Shown here: in pieces, positions 25,782 through 35,403 of the stretch | How positions within the stretch are numbered: position 1 is the first letter of the stretch | How the letters are laid out: each line of letters starts with the position of its first letter | From: an uncultured virus (IMG/VR IMGVR_UViG_3300021598_001257) | Lineage: Duplodnaviria > Heunggongvirae > Uroviricota > Caudoviricetes | Direction: 5' to 3' (one strand) | DNA: 64,000 nucleotides | IMG/VR virus record: IMGVR_UViG_3300021598_001257 | Translations under genes and position numbers: made by a program | Notes under the pieces: model-generated | Database searches by the model: none | What the model was told of the DNA's origin: nothing | What the model saw: the letters and a program-made list of their open reading frames with translations, nothing else

Positions 25782-25825
25782 TGGTATTCCTAACGGGATT
25801 CGAACCCGTGCTGCCCGATAGGAAC
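25782..25825 (-). pseudogene. tRNA (Glu-like) lacking D and anticodon arms (minihelix)
   Basis: GTTCCTA-TCGGGCAGC-ACGGG TTCGAAT CCCGT-TAGGAAT-ACCA. Confidence 0.75.
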
Positions 25826-25873
25826 TTAATGCTGACGGCATTCTGGATTATCAGCTCCAGCGCAAATCAGCAA

Positions 25874-25947
25874 CGACCCATACGGGATTTGAACCCGTGT
25901 TCTCCACCGTGACAGGGTGGCGTGATAGACCGCTACACTAATGGGTC
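25874..25947 (-). tRNA. tRNA-Asp(GTC)
   Basis: CCACC-CTGTCAC-GGTGG. Confidence 0.95.
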
Positions 25948-25951
25948 AAGG

Positions 25952-26023
25952 TGGGACATCTCGGATTCGAACCGAGGACTAATCGGTTAAAAGCCGAATA
26001 CTCTACCGCTGAGTTAATGTCCC
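25952..26023 (-). tRNA. tRNA-Lys(TTT)
   Basis: TCGG-CTTTTAA-CCGA. Confidence 0.95.
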
Positions 26024-26204
26024 AATAATGTGATAGATATTCAGTTGTCGATGTGCTGGTGGTCTCTCAACCACCCTTTAAGAATACCACCTTTTGGGCT
26101 CTGGGGGGAGATTGGTGGACGCTTAGGAAACTGGTCCAAGCAACAAAAAAGGGGAGGAAACTTTTGGTTTCTCTCCCCTGTCTTTTGCTTTTATGGATTA
26201 CATC

Positions 26205-26306
26205 TTACATATGTCTTTCCATTTCAGCAAACAGGGGAGTACCCTCAATATGCCATTCGCGGCAATCGAGATTACTAATCTGTTTGATGGTGATTTGGAA
26301 AGACAT
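26205..26306 (-). CDS. small late-expressed peptide (33 aa)
   Basis: MSFQITIKQISNLDCREWHIEGTPLFAEMERHM; TATAAATA upstream, terminator downstream. Confidence 0.5.
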   Translation of the reverse strand: MSFQITIKQISNLDCREWHIEGTPLFAEMERHM

Positions 26307-26358
26307 TGTTTTCGACCTAAGTGTGTTTATTTATAAGACTTTTATTTAAAAAAGTCAA

Positions 26359-26430
26359 CAGGCTCACCTGGAATCGAACCAGGGACGACCGCTTAGAAGG
26401 CGGTAGTTATATCCGCTTAACTATGAGCCC
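26359..26430 (-). tRNA. tRNA-Arg(TCT)
   Basis: ACCGC-CTTCTAA-GCGGT. Confidence 0.95.
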
Positions 26431-26455
26431 TTAATTTGTTTACCTGTTTATTCTA

Positions 26456-26866
26456 CTACTCCTTTTTACAGGTGTCAAGCCATGGAGCACATATCCTCAT
26501 TTCTCCTCCAAGTTTCTTGCACTCTTCAGTATAACACTTAGAAGTATCTAAAGGCCTCTCTATCAACCTCGACAAAGGTACTCTAGGTGGATCAGAGTCT
26601 CTTGTCAAGCGTTCATACTCTACGATTGCTCTGTCCACATCTCTCCAGACTCTCCTATCCACCACACCAGGGTCCTGAAGCAGCACATCGTTGATTACGG
26701 TGCCTGGGAACAGAACCCTCTGAACCTCGTCTAGGAGGTCCCAGAGGCGCTCCTGGGGCGCTCCTGTGCATTGGGAGAGGGTTGCTACGATACCGCTGAG
26801 TATGACGCCTATAAGGATTATCTGCTTCTTATCTGGTTTCTTCTTTCCGAAGTTAAAATTAAACAT
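26456..26866 (-). CDS. hypothetical membrane-anchored protein
   Basis: 136-aa ORF, N-terminal TM, Cys-rich C-terminus. Confidence 0.75.
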   Translation of the reverse strand: MFNFNFGKKKPDKKQIILIGVILSGIVATLSQCTGAPQERLWDLLDEVQRVLFPGTVINDVLLQDPGVVDRRVWRDVDRAIVEYERLTRDSDPPRVPLSRLIERPLDTSKCYTEECKKLGGEMRICAPWLDTCKKE

Positions 26867-26927
26867 AAAAAAAGAGGAGTAGCAACCGCTCTCCTCTATT
26901 TATTATTCAGTTTTATATTCTATTGTA

Positions 26928-27581
26928 TCAAACTTCTACCGTGATCAGTTTGGAAGCATACTCATGAGCATACGAAGTGCGGGCACCATGAATGCCCCAA
27001 CCAATCCAACTATACGCATAGTCCATGTAACGATTGATAGGTTTCCCAGGAGTTTTCATCCTGTTCTCAATACGTTGCCATTGAACTTCAGTCGTCAGAT
27101 AACGAAGCTGCGTGTGAAGTTCTGATGGAGAACCACCATACTTCTTAGCAAAATCACCCAATCCATAATATCTGTTGGCAGATGTCCATTGAATCAGTCC
27201 GTAACCGCCTCCGCAGTTACTCCAACTGGTTCTGCTACCACCTTCGCAGATATTAGGCACGAATGTGGATTCCTGTCTAATATTGCCCATGATGGTAGCA
27301 AGGGCGTTTCTGTCTCTAATACCACGATCCTGGAAAAATGCCAGGGTGACATTCTCTTGTTCATTACACCCTTTACAAATTAACCTTTTCTCTTTTGGCT
27401 TTGGTGGTGCAACCTCTAGGATTGCTGTCTTCTCAGGTTCAAACTCTTTAATAATAGAATAAGGTTTTGCATCCACTGGTGGAGGCGGACCTTGCAGTTT
27501 ATAACTAGAGAATGGCAGTGTTGCCGTATTGGTTGTAACCATCGCTACTAGAGGAACGGCTACAGTAAAGAAGTTAAGCAT
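26928..27581 (-). CDS. phage tail-type lysozyme (Phage_lysozyme2-like)
   Basis: ALATIMGNIRQES, GYGLIQWT, QLRYL. Confidence 0.85.
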   Translation of the reverse strand: MLNFFTVAVPLVAMVTTNTATLPFSSYKLQGPPPPVDAKPYSIIKEFEPEKTAILEVAPPKPKEKRLICKGCNEQENVTLAFFQDRGIRDRNALATIMGNIRQESTFVPNICEGGSRTSWSNCGGGYGLIQWTSANRYYGLGDFAKKYGGSPSELHTQLRYLTTEVQWQRIENRMKTPGKPINRYMDYAYSWIGWGIHGARTSYAHEYASKLITVEV

Positions 27582-27734
27582 TAAAATTAATTGAACTCTA
27601 CATCCGTATAGAAAGGGGGTACACCCTTTTCTCAAAGGGCACTTTCCACGGCTCTAATTTTCATTCAAAGTCTCATTACGAAGAAACCCACCTTAGGTGG
27701 GTTATAAGCATTATAAGTTTTTATTTAGATTTTG

Positions 27735-27908
27735 TCAATCTTCTGGTTCTAGGGAAACAATTTCCAATTCATCAGTTTCTGGTTCAATCCACTCATAGAA
27801 CTCAGCAAGAATAGCACGAGCATCCTCTTTATCTACATCCATATTCGCAGCACGATCAAGGGACCAAGACCTTACATGAGCGACAATATCTTCAGTCGTT
27901 GCGTTCAT
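27735..27908 (-). CDS. hypothetical acidic protein
   Basis: MNATTEDIVAHVRSW... Confidence 0.6.
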   Translation of the reverse strand: MNATTEDIVAHVRSWSLDRAANMDVDKEDARAILAEFYEWIEPETDELEIVSLEPED

Positions 27909-28335
27909 AATAGTCCTTTCGGAAGTACCTGTTGAGGATGTTGCTATTGTAGTACCTTGGGATTCCACTGTCAAGGGATTCTGTAAGGACATTGTTGAAG
28001 AAGAGTTGTCTTGTTTCTTCGAAGTTAGTTTTGCCCTTTGTTTTATGTAATGATAAAATAGTGCGCGTAAAATTCTCCCTACCATATTTGTCTACATCTT
28101 CTTTGAGTTCTGGGCATGATCCGTAATATTTTTTCCAATCAGACTCTGATTTAACTTTTCTAGATTTTCCCTTCGGTGTGCGGAAACTCCAGAAATATTT
28201 TCTACCAATATAGTCCCTATTAGTTTTGTTGCAATGAATATGGTATACAAAACCAAAATAATCTTGAATATCACTTGAACCAAACACCTTTCCATTGTAG
28301 GTCCAAGGATTTTCATAGTCAATATCTGTACTCAT
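27892..28335 (-). CDS. GIY-YIG nuclease (T4 endonuclease II-like)
   Basis: GFVYHI...DYIGRK, YYGS, YYNSNI. Confidence 0.85.
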   Translation of the reverse strand: MSTDIDYENPWTYNGKVFGSSDIQDYFGFVYHIHCNKTNRDYIGRKYFWSFRTPKGKSRKVKSESDWKKYYGSCPELKEDVDKYGRENFTRTILSLHKTKGKTNFEETRQLFFNNVLTESLDSGIPRYYNSNILNRYFRKDYYERND

Positions 28336-28480
28336 CAATAATATCAAGAACTTCGTTCAGATATTTATTGGCAAGACCCTTCATATCCATTTCGGGTCTA
28401 ATATGATCTTTGTGAAGATTATTTTTTAACTTTAAGACTCTAACTTTAATTTCTTCTTTAGTCAGTTGATTTTTGGGCAT
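28319..28480 (-). CDS. hypothetical protein (53 aa)
   Basis: Hand translation MPKNQLTKEEIKVRVLKLK... Confidence 0.6.
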   Translation of the reverse strand: MPKNQLTKEEIKVRVLKLKNNLHKDHIRPEMDMKGLANKYLNEVLDIIDEYRY

Positions 28481-28519
28481 AAAAAAAGAGGAGTGTGATC
28501 TCCCCCTATCTATATGAGA

Positions 28520-28669
28520 TTAGTTATTTGTGCCTAACCATTCTTTACAATAGTCATAGTCACCAAACATAAACTCATCACATTCTGCTGCTTGTTTATA
28601 TGCGTTCAGGATTTCCTGTTCGCACCATTCATCATAGTTTGAATCCTGAGAAAGTATTTTTGGTAACAT
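28520..28669 (-). CDS. hypothetical protein (49 aa)
   Basis: Hand translation MLPKILSQDSNYDEWCEQE... Confidence 0.55.
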   Translation of the reverse strand: MLPKILSQDSNYDEWCEQEILNAYKQAAECDEFMFGDYDYCKEWLGTNN

Positions 28670-28688
28670 AACAAATCAAAAAAACAAA

Positions 28689-29093
28689 TTAACCGATAAT
28701 GGAGTCTCTCCACTCTTCACTCATATTCACCATAATTGCTTCTGCTGCTTCTGGGGTTTCAGCATATCCTTCATCAAGTAAATGTGAAAGGATGATGTCG
28801 TAGTAATCATAATTTTCATTTTTTTGTGCTGACTTCAGTGCTCCCATCATTTTTCTTACTTCTCCAGTTTTCTTGGCAGCACTTTGTTTTAATTTATCTC
28901 GGATACCTTTTGGCATAAATCCTGATCCAGAAGCACTAATCTCCGTTGATATACTATGAGCTCTTTTTCCAATTTGTCTGCCAATTCTAGTTCTTCTTTC
29001 TTTATCTAATGGCATTTTACCCTCATCAAGTTGCTGATTTTCAACAACTTCCATATATGCTTCTTGAAGACTACGAAAATCTTGTGCGTCCAT
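28689..29093 (-). CDS. late hypothetical protein of the EGYA paralogue family
   Basis: LLDEGYAETPEAAEAIMVNMSEEW; TATAAATA upstream. Confidence 0.8.
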   Translation of the reverse strand: MDAQDFRSLQEAYMEVVENQQLDEGKMPLDKERRTRIGRQIGKRAHSISTEISASGSGFMPKGIRDKLKQSAAKKTGEVRKMMGALKSAQKNENYDYYDIILSHLLDEGYAETPEAAEAIMVNMSEEWRDSIIG

Positions 29094-29131
29094 TTTTACG
29101 AATACTTTTTAGGTATTTATATTGTTTTGAT

Positions 29132-29338
29132 TTAAAAAGGTAAGTCTCTTCTTTTTACTTTATCTCTCATTGCTCTATATCTTTCATCGTGCCTAACTTC
29201 TGCTTCAATATCACCACTTTGAGATGCTTTCTTTGCCGACTTTTTAGCAGCAGTCATTTGTTTTTTAATTCTATTTTCCTTTTCTCTACTCATTCCTTGG
29301 TAGGACATTTCAAAAATAAACTCCCTAAAAGTTTTCAT
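29132..29338 (-). CDS. putative internal head protein
   Basis: N-terminal MKTFREFIFE resembles the T4 capsid-targeting sequence. Confidence 0.65.
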   Translation of the reverse strand: MKTFREFIFEMSYQGMSREKENRIKKQMTAAKKSAKKASQSGDIEAEVRHDERYRAMRDKVKRRDLPF

Positions 29339-29353
29339 TTGTATTGATTATTT

Positions 29354-29872
29354 TTAGGTATTTATGATAGTCCAACCTTTTGTATTCTTACTTTTCTTTC
29401 CCAAAACCGCATCATAAGTTATTCCTATTTCCTTACAGAACTTCTTAACACCACCTTCTATAATATGTTTTTTACCCTCTGGAGAAATAAAGATATATTT
29501 TTTTGCTTTTGGATTATTTTTACCAGAAACTTTTAATGAGGTTTTCTTTTTACTTTCTTCACTATGTTTTCTACCACTAAATCCCTTCGTTTTTTGTCCT
29601 CCTGGTTTTCCTTCTCCACCAAGATTTTGATTTAATAAAACTCCTCCATCACATTCTCTTTTCCAGAGTGCTATGTGTTTTATTTCAAGTTCTATTGCTT
29701 CTTCTTTAGTTAATCCAGATTTTACAATCCACCTTCTTTCTCTTGATGGTAATAAATTTGCTCCATTACTCCTCAAATGTTTTGCGTGTATTCTTCTTGG
29801 TTTTCCATAACCAACATAAAAGGGAGAACTAAAGTCCTCCCTTAAGTAATAGTAAAGAATATAGTTATTCAT
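29354..29872 (-). mobile_element. free-standing GIY-YIG-type homing endonuclease with NUMOD3 motif
   Basis: ILYYY...FYVGYG, LLN, GRKHSEESKKK; lies immediately after nrdB. Confidence 0.8.
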
Positions 29873-29928
29873 TTTAAGACTGAAGTTGAGTTATATTTAT
29901 TTATACAACATTCAACTTCAGTCTTAAA
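29873..29928 (-). promoter_or_regulatory. translation-blocking hairpin with late promoter in its loop
   Basis: 17-bp perfect inverted repeat abutting the ATG; TATAAATA at 29898-29905. Confidence 0.85.
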
Positions 29929-31116
29929 TCATAGTTTAAATCCACTAAATGTGTCTTTTTTCATATCTTGCTTCAAACCACCTACAATATATGTTTCCTG
30001 CTCCGTTTCCTGGGGTGCCACCTGAAGACCTTTAGAGGAGATCCAGTGCTGAGTCCAAGGTAGTGGATTATTGTTTGCTGAAATATCGTATTGGGGCTTT
30101 AACCCAATTGCTTTAAGTCTTCTATTTGCAATCCATTCTACGTACTGTTGAAGAAGTTTGTCGTTTAGTCCAATCATGCTGCCATCTTTGAACAGATAAT
30201 CTGCCCATTTCTTTTCTTCGTTTACAGCACGATCAAACATTTTATACGTCCACTCTTCTTCCTCTTTCATAATCTTTTGCATTTCAGGATCATCACCTTC
30301 CCTCCACTTATTCAGAATATTCTGAGTAAGTGCTAGGTGTTGATTTTCGTCTCTTGCAATAAGAGAGATAATCTTAGCGGATCCTTCCATGAGTTTAAGT
30401 TCGCCAAAGGCGAAACTGCAAGCAAAACTAACGTAGAAGCGAATACCTTCAAGAATATTAACGTTTGCGACTGCTCGATAGAGTTTTCGTTTAACGTCAT
30501 TGAGTGTTTCCTTTGCGTTTGTGACACCTTCAAGTCTATACATCCAATCATTAGATGTACCATAATTTTGTGCTGATTGAATAAAGTCATCATATGACTC
30601 TGTGACGGTTTTAGCACGTTCCAGAATACGCTCATCTCCAATGATAGTATCAAAGACCTCAGAAGGGTCAGAATAGATATTTTTGATGATGTAAGTATAT
30701 GAGCGACTATGAATCATCTCCATAAATCCCCATACTTCCATACATGCCTCAAGTTCAGGAAGTGAGCAATAAGGAATGAATGCCATACCAGGACCACGAC
30801 CTTGAACAGAGTCAAGCATAATCTGATACTTCAAATTAGAAGTATAGATATGCTTCTGTTCGGGACGCAGCGTTTGATAATCTCCACGATCCTTCTGAAG
30901 AGAGACCTCTTCGGGTCTCCAGAAGTATCCAAGTTGTTGAGTGGTAAGTTTATCAAAGATTGGGTATTTGTATGAATCATATCTTTGAACCCCAAGGGGT
31001 TTTCCAAAAAACATTGGTTGTTTTTTAGTATCTACTTTTTCAGTATTAAAAACAGTCATTCCTTTAATATTTGTAGTCTCTTCTGTTGAAGAAATTTTAA
31101 ACTGCACAGGATTCAC
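29929..31116 (-). CDS. nrdB: ribonucleotide reductase class Ia beta subunit
   Basis: FWRPEEV, EMIHSRSY, EGIRFYVSF, RDENQH. Confidence 0.97.
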   Translation of the reverse strand: MNPVQFKISSTEETTNIKGMTVFNTEKVDTKKQPMFFGKPLGVQRYDSYKYPIFDKLTTQQLGYFWRPEEVSLQKDRGDYQTLRPEQKHIYTSNLKYQIMLDSVQGRGPGMAFIPYCSLPELEACMEVWGFMEMIHSRSYTYIIKNIYSDPSEVFDTIIGDERILERAKTVTESYDDFIQSAQNYGTSNDWMYRLEGVTNAKETLNDVKRKLYRAVANVNILEGIRFYVSFACSFAFGELKLMEGSAKIISLIARDENQHLALTQNILNKWREGDDPEMQKIMKEEEEWTYKMFDRAVNEEKKWADYLFKDGSMIGLNDKLLQQYVEWIANRRLKAIGLKPQYDISANNNPLPWTQHWISSKGLQVAPQETEQETYIVGGLKQDMKKDTFSGFKL

Positions 31117-33325
31117 ACTCTCCCTCCTCTACTGAACTTAACTCACTTAGCAAATCTTGAAGATTGGGTTTTTCTTCTACTACCTCATCAGTCTTAATAT
31201 CATAAGTATTTTGATAGTAAGAAGTTTTCCACCCGTACTTGTATGTAGTCAAAAAGTCATTTGCCATAACTGAAACTGGAACTTCATTATCGTCATAATT
31301 TTCTGGATTATAACTCCAGTTACCAGAAATTGCTTGGTCAAAGAACTTTTGCATTACAGCAACAACATTAATATAACCACGATTAGACTTCATATCCCAA
31401 AGAAGCGTGTAATTATTCTTAAGAGATTGATATTGTGGAACAATTTGCTTAAGTGGTCCCTTTTTACTTTTCTTAATGGACAAGAATCCGCGAGGAGGTT
31501 CGATTCCATTTGTTGCATTTGACACAACGGAACTGCTCTCCGATGGCATCTGTGCGGACAGTGTTGAGTGCCTGAGGCCATGTTCCAAGATAGATGCTCT
31601 AAGAGTTTCCCAATCATGCTGAAGGTCAATAGATGAAATTTCGTCTACATCTTTTTTATAAGTATCGATTGGAAGAATTCCATCAGCATACTTAGTACGT
31701 CCAAAATATTCACAATATCCCTTTTCTTTAGCAAGTTGATTAGATGCCTTTAGAAGATAATATTGGAATGATTCAGAAAGTCCATGAACAGCGTCCCATG
31801 CTTCCTGAGAATCATAATTGAATCCAAGTTTAGCTAAATAATGAGCAAGACCAATAAACCCTACACCAAGAGAACGACGTGCCTTAGTGGCGATTTCTGC
31901 CGCCTCTACGGGGTATTTCTGATAGTCAATCAACTCATCAAGTCCACGGACAGAAAGATCACAAAGTTCCTCAAGTTCTTCATCAGACTTTACCTTTCCA
32001 ACATTAATAGCAGAAAGAATGCAAAGTGCAATCTCTCCCATATTATCATCAATGTGCTGAATAGGATCTGTAGGTAGAGTAATCTCTTGACAGAGATTAC
32101 TCATGTTTACCTTATCCTTAAATGATGAGTGAGAATTGCAATGGTCAATGTTCATAATGTAGACACGACCCGTTTCTGCACGTTCCTTAAGAAGACTAAG
32201 GATGAGTTCTTGTGCTTTAATAGTTTTTTTCTTAATGGACGGATCGTTTTCATATTGTAGGTAGAGATTCTCAAACTCAGGGAGTCCAAAGCTATCATAA
32301 AGTCCAGGGACATCATGTGGAGAGAAAAGCGTGATCTCACCGTCTTGAATAAATCTTTCATAGAACAACTTGCTAATTTGGATGGAATAATCAAGTTTAC
32401 GAACACGATTATCTTCCGTTCCCTTATTATTCTTGAGGACTAGAATATCTTCTATTTCTTGGTGCCAGATTGGGAAGTGGACTGTCGCGGATCCACCTCG
32501 TATGCCATTTTGCGTGCAACATCTGACAGTTGCTNNNNNNNNNNNNNNNNNNNNNNNNNNNNNNNNNNNNNNNNNNNNNNNNNNNNNNNNNNNNNNNNNN
32601 NNNNTGCTAAAGATAGAATCGAGGGTGTCATCAACATCAACAAGAACACAACTAGCAAATTGTCTAAGTGGCGTTCTAACTCCTGCCATGATGGGGGTTG
32701 GAATGTTGATTTTGTGTTTTGAGATTGCGTCATAATACTTCTTTACATAGGAAAGACGTGTTTCTTTAGGATACTCTGCAAAGATAGTCAGAGCAATCAT
32801 CATGTACATAAATTGTGGAGTTTCATATACTCCACCACCGCTTCTATCCTGCACGAGGTACTTGTCAACGACTTGACGTAGACCTGCATAAGTGAAAAGA
32901 TAGTCACGGTCATGATCAATAAAACTATTAACTTTTGCAATCTCTTCCTGAGAATACTTGTTAAAGACATCATTATCATAAACTTCATGATTAACACACT
33001 GATAAATGTGTTGTTCTAAGGTGGGAAGTTCTTTCATCTTCCCATATAGTTGCTTACGAACAGCAAAGAGAAGTAACCTTGCGGCAACATATTGGTAGTT
33101 TGGGTGGTCCAGATCAATCAAATCTGAAGCAGAACGAATCAGAATCTCTTGAATTTCTGCAGTGGTAATTCCGTCATAAAATTGAATACCAGAGGTCATT
33201 TCAACTTGACTTGCAGAAACTCCTGCAAGACCATTACATGCCTCTTCAACCATCAAATGCATTTTGTCTAGGTCAAGAGATTCAATTCGACCATCGCGCT
33301 TTTTAACCTTTGTACCATTGCTCAT
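31097..33325 (-). CDS. nrdA: ribonucleotide reductase alpha subunit (spans N gap 32535-32604)
   Basis: ATP cone VKKRDG, QFASCVL, SNLCQEI, MPSESSS, C-terminal CESC. Confidence 0.96.
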   Translation of the reverse strand: MSNGTKVKKRDGRIESLDLDKMHLMVEEACNGLAGVSASQVEMTSGIQFYDGITTAEIQEILIRSASDLIDLDHPNYQYVAARLLLFAVRKQLYGKMKELPTLEQHIYQCVNHEVYDNDVFNKYSQEEIAKVNSFIDHDRDYLFTYAGLRQVVDKYLVQDRSGGGVYETPQFMYMMIALTIFAEYPKETRLSYVKKYYDAISKHKINIPTPIMAGVRTPLRQFASCVLVDVDDTLDSIFSXXXXXXXXXXXXXXXXXXXXXXXXATVRCCTQNGIRGGSATVHFPIWHQEIEDILVLKNNKGTEDNRVRKLDYSIQISKLFYERFIQDGEITLFSPHDVPGLYDSFGLPEFENLYLQYENDPSIKKKTIKAQELILSLLKERAETGRVYIMNIDHCNSHSSFKDKVNMSNLCQEITLPTDPIQHIDDNMGEIALCILSAINVGKVKSDEELEELCDLSVRGLDELIDYQKYPVEAAEIATKARRSLGVGFIGLAHYLAKLGFNYDSQEAWDAVHGLSESFQYYLLKASNQLAKEKGYCEYFGRTKYADGILPIDTYKKDVDEISSIDLQHDWETLRASILEHGLRHSTLSAQMPSESSSVVSNATNGIEPPRGFLSIKKSKKGPLKQIVPQYQSLKNNYTLLWDMKSNRGYINVVAVMQKFFDQAISGNWSYNPENYDDNEVPVSVMANDFLTTYKYGWKTSYYQNTYDIKTDEVVEEKPNLQDLLSELSSVEEGECESCAV

Positions 33326-34290
33326 ATTTTCTTCCAGGTAGTAAATTTAAGTTTTGCTTCTAAACCAGAGTAAGTATTAGATTCTATCACAGATTGAACA
33401 TCAAGTCCAGATAATGTCATTTCATTAATGTCCTTTTCTTTTATTGTTGAAGGCCAGATAACAACTTTTTGTCCGTCTCCGATAACACGGGAAATTCTTG
33501 ATAGGATTTCTGGATTACGTGGTTCGTTATCGTATATCCAAACACAATCGCAAATACCCCACTTAGTAACATCACCATCAGCTCCACAAAGAGCAATCGC
33601 GTTGCGAATGAAGGAAGAATCAAATGGACCTTCTGTAATGTAGACAGTTTCACTTTTTTGGACTTCATCGAGACCATAAATTTTTGGTGCATCATCGTTG
33701 AGCATTACTGTAATGTATTTTACCTTACTGGGACCAAGTGCTCTACCCTGAAATCCGACTAAAGTATTTTGATAAAACAAGGGTATTATAATCCTTGGTT
33801 CATCTTTATCTGTATTGTCGAATGTTAGTTGAAGAGAATTAGTCCACTCCTTGAATTTTTCGGCGTAATAATAGTTATCTGGGTTTAATTTTCTACTTTC
33901 CAAATAACTTTTTGCATTGGGATTTGTTGACGCTTTAGGCAAATCCAATTTTTGTTTGAATTTTGGCGTCTCAAATTGAAATACTGGTTCTTCTACTGAA
34001 AAATTTTTTCCAGTATGACCTTCTTTAAATTTTTCAAAAGTATACTGCTTATGAATTGTAGTATCAATTTGTTTTAAAAAATTATTAAAGGATACATTAA
34101 CACCACAATTATGGCACTTAAAATTTGTATTATTTTTTACTTGATAAAGATATCCCCTTGCCTTATTCTTATTCTTTTGGGAATCTCCACAAATCGGACA
34201 ACGAAAATTATACAGATTATTTTTTACCTTTTTAAACTTTTGAAATCTGGAAGAAATCAAATTGATGTATTTAACATCAACAAAATCCAT
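33322..34290 (-). CDS. gp61: DNA primase (T4 gp61)
   Basis: RCPICGDS, CHNC, EGPFDS, YDNEPRN, KDIN. Confidence 0.95.
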   Translation of the reverse strand: MDFVDVKYINLISSRFQKFKKVKNNLYNFRCPICGDSQKNKNKARGYLYQVKNNTNFKCHNCGVNVSFNNFLKQIDTTIHKQYTFEKFKEGHTGKNFSVEEPVFQFETPKFKQKLDLPKASTNPNAKSYLESRKLNPDNYYYAEKFKEWTNSLQLTFDNTDKDEPRIIIPLFYQNTLVGFQGRALGPSKVKYITVMLNDDAPKIYGLDEVQKSETVYITEGPFDSSFIRNAIALCGADGDVTKWGICDCVWIYDNEPRNPEILSRISRVIGDGQKVVIWPSTIKEKDINEMTLSGLDVQSVIESNTYSGLEAKLKFTTWKKI

Positions 34291-34456
34291 GACAATACAT
34301 TGAGGAGTCTACTTATTCTACCAGACTACTGGGTTTTGTCAATACACAAAACCGTCATAATTGCAGTCCACTTTATAACTGAATTTGTAATTTTTTGCAG
34401 TGAATAAATCGTTGTCTTATTTTTAGTTTTCACTGGCATCTTGTGCCAACACTCAA

Positions 34457-34804
34457 TTATTTATTTCTTACTTGTTCTGATAATGAATTTACAGAAGAAG
34501 TTATAAAATCTGTTACAACTGGGACAAATAATAAAGCAATTGCAACTACGCCCGCTACCATCCATTTAAATTTTGATATTTCATCAACTTTAACTTCCAA
34601 CTTACCAATTTTCTCATTAATATCTTCATCACTTCTGGCACAGTTAAAAATTCTTTCGTCGTGAACCGCAAGCATCTTACAAATGTTCTGATTAGTCTCA
34701 CTTAAGGTTTGAATGGCAGCATCTACACGCTCTACCATTTCTTCATGAATTTTCACTCTTTCTTCAAGAACAGCAACCTTAATTTTTGAGTCTTGACCGA
34801 ACAT
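34457..34804 (-). CDS. coiled-coil protein with C-terminal TM
   Basis: 115-aa ORF. Confidence 0.75.
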   Translation of the reverse strand: MFGQDSKIKVAVLEERVKIHEEMVERVDAAIQTLSETNQNICKMLAVHDERIFNCARSDEDINEKIGKLEVKVDEISKFKWMVAGVVAIALLFVPVVTDFITSSVNSLSEQVRNK

Positions 34805-34808
34805 TTGT

Positions 34809-35024
34809 TTACTGCGATGGTTTATTTTTCATCCAGCGTTTGCGGGATCCCGTTCCTAAAGACGCATATTTCTTTCTTCTTGATAATCCCATAACAGGGT
34901 CAAATCCAGCGACTGGACCTTTTGAATCTGCAGAACCAGAAAAACCACCTTGAGCTCCTGGAGCATTGGCAACCATTTGCTCTCTTATTATTGAAATGAT
35001 TCTATCAATCTTCTTCTTTTCCAT
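34809..35024 (-). CDS. hypothetical protein
   Basis: 71-aa ORF within the operon. Confidence 0.7.
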   Translation of the reverse strand: MEKKKIDRIISIIREQMVANAPGAQGGFSGSADSKGPVAGFDPVMGLSRRKKYASLGTGSRKRWMKNKPSQ

Positions 35025-35397
35025 TATAGATTTTATAGAGTTCTCCTAGACAGTAAAGATCGACTTGAATGTTATGAATACCGGATTTTGGATATTCCGG
35101 TAACCTATTCAAAAATATTATAAAAGATTTTAAACAAGGCCAAAGTTCTTTTTCTATTTTAAAAAACAGCATTGGTGTTGCTGCCTCAGAAAAAATATTA
35201 TATAGAATAATAAAATGGTTTAAAATCAGGTGAGTTTTAAGTTCACCTGATTTTTTATACCTTTTCAAAAGTCTTTTGATATATTTAAAATGATTTAAAT
35301 CTTTTTCAAAATCTTCTTTAGTTACAGCTTGAGGGTTTTCATAATTTTTTATAGCAAATAAAATAAAATTATCCTCATTCAAATCATTAAAAATCAT
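35005..35397 (-). CDS. conserved T4-like hypothetical protein
   Basis: FAIKNYENP..F..DL..FKYIKRL, HLILNHFI. Confidence 0.8.
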   Translation of the reverse strand: MIFNDLNEDNFILFAIKNYENPQAVTKEDFEKDLNHFKYIKRLLKRYKKSGELKTHLILNHFIILYNIFSEAATPMLFFKIEKELWPCLKSFIIFLNRLPEYPKSGIHNIQVDLYCLGELYKIYNGKEED

Positions 35398-35403
35398 ATT
35401 TTA

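Noticed and set aside
27600..27655. TPP riboswitch-like GUGC..UGAGA..UACCC
   Set aside because: The pyrophosphate-binding P4/P5 half (ACCUGAU...GCG) is absent
32535..32604. Possible intron or intein site in nrdA
   Set aside because: It is an N-filled scaffold gap; no splicing features are visible
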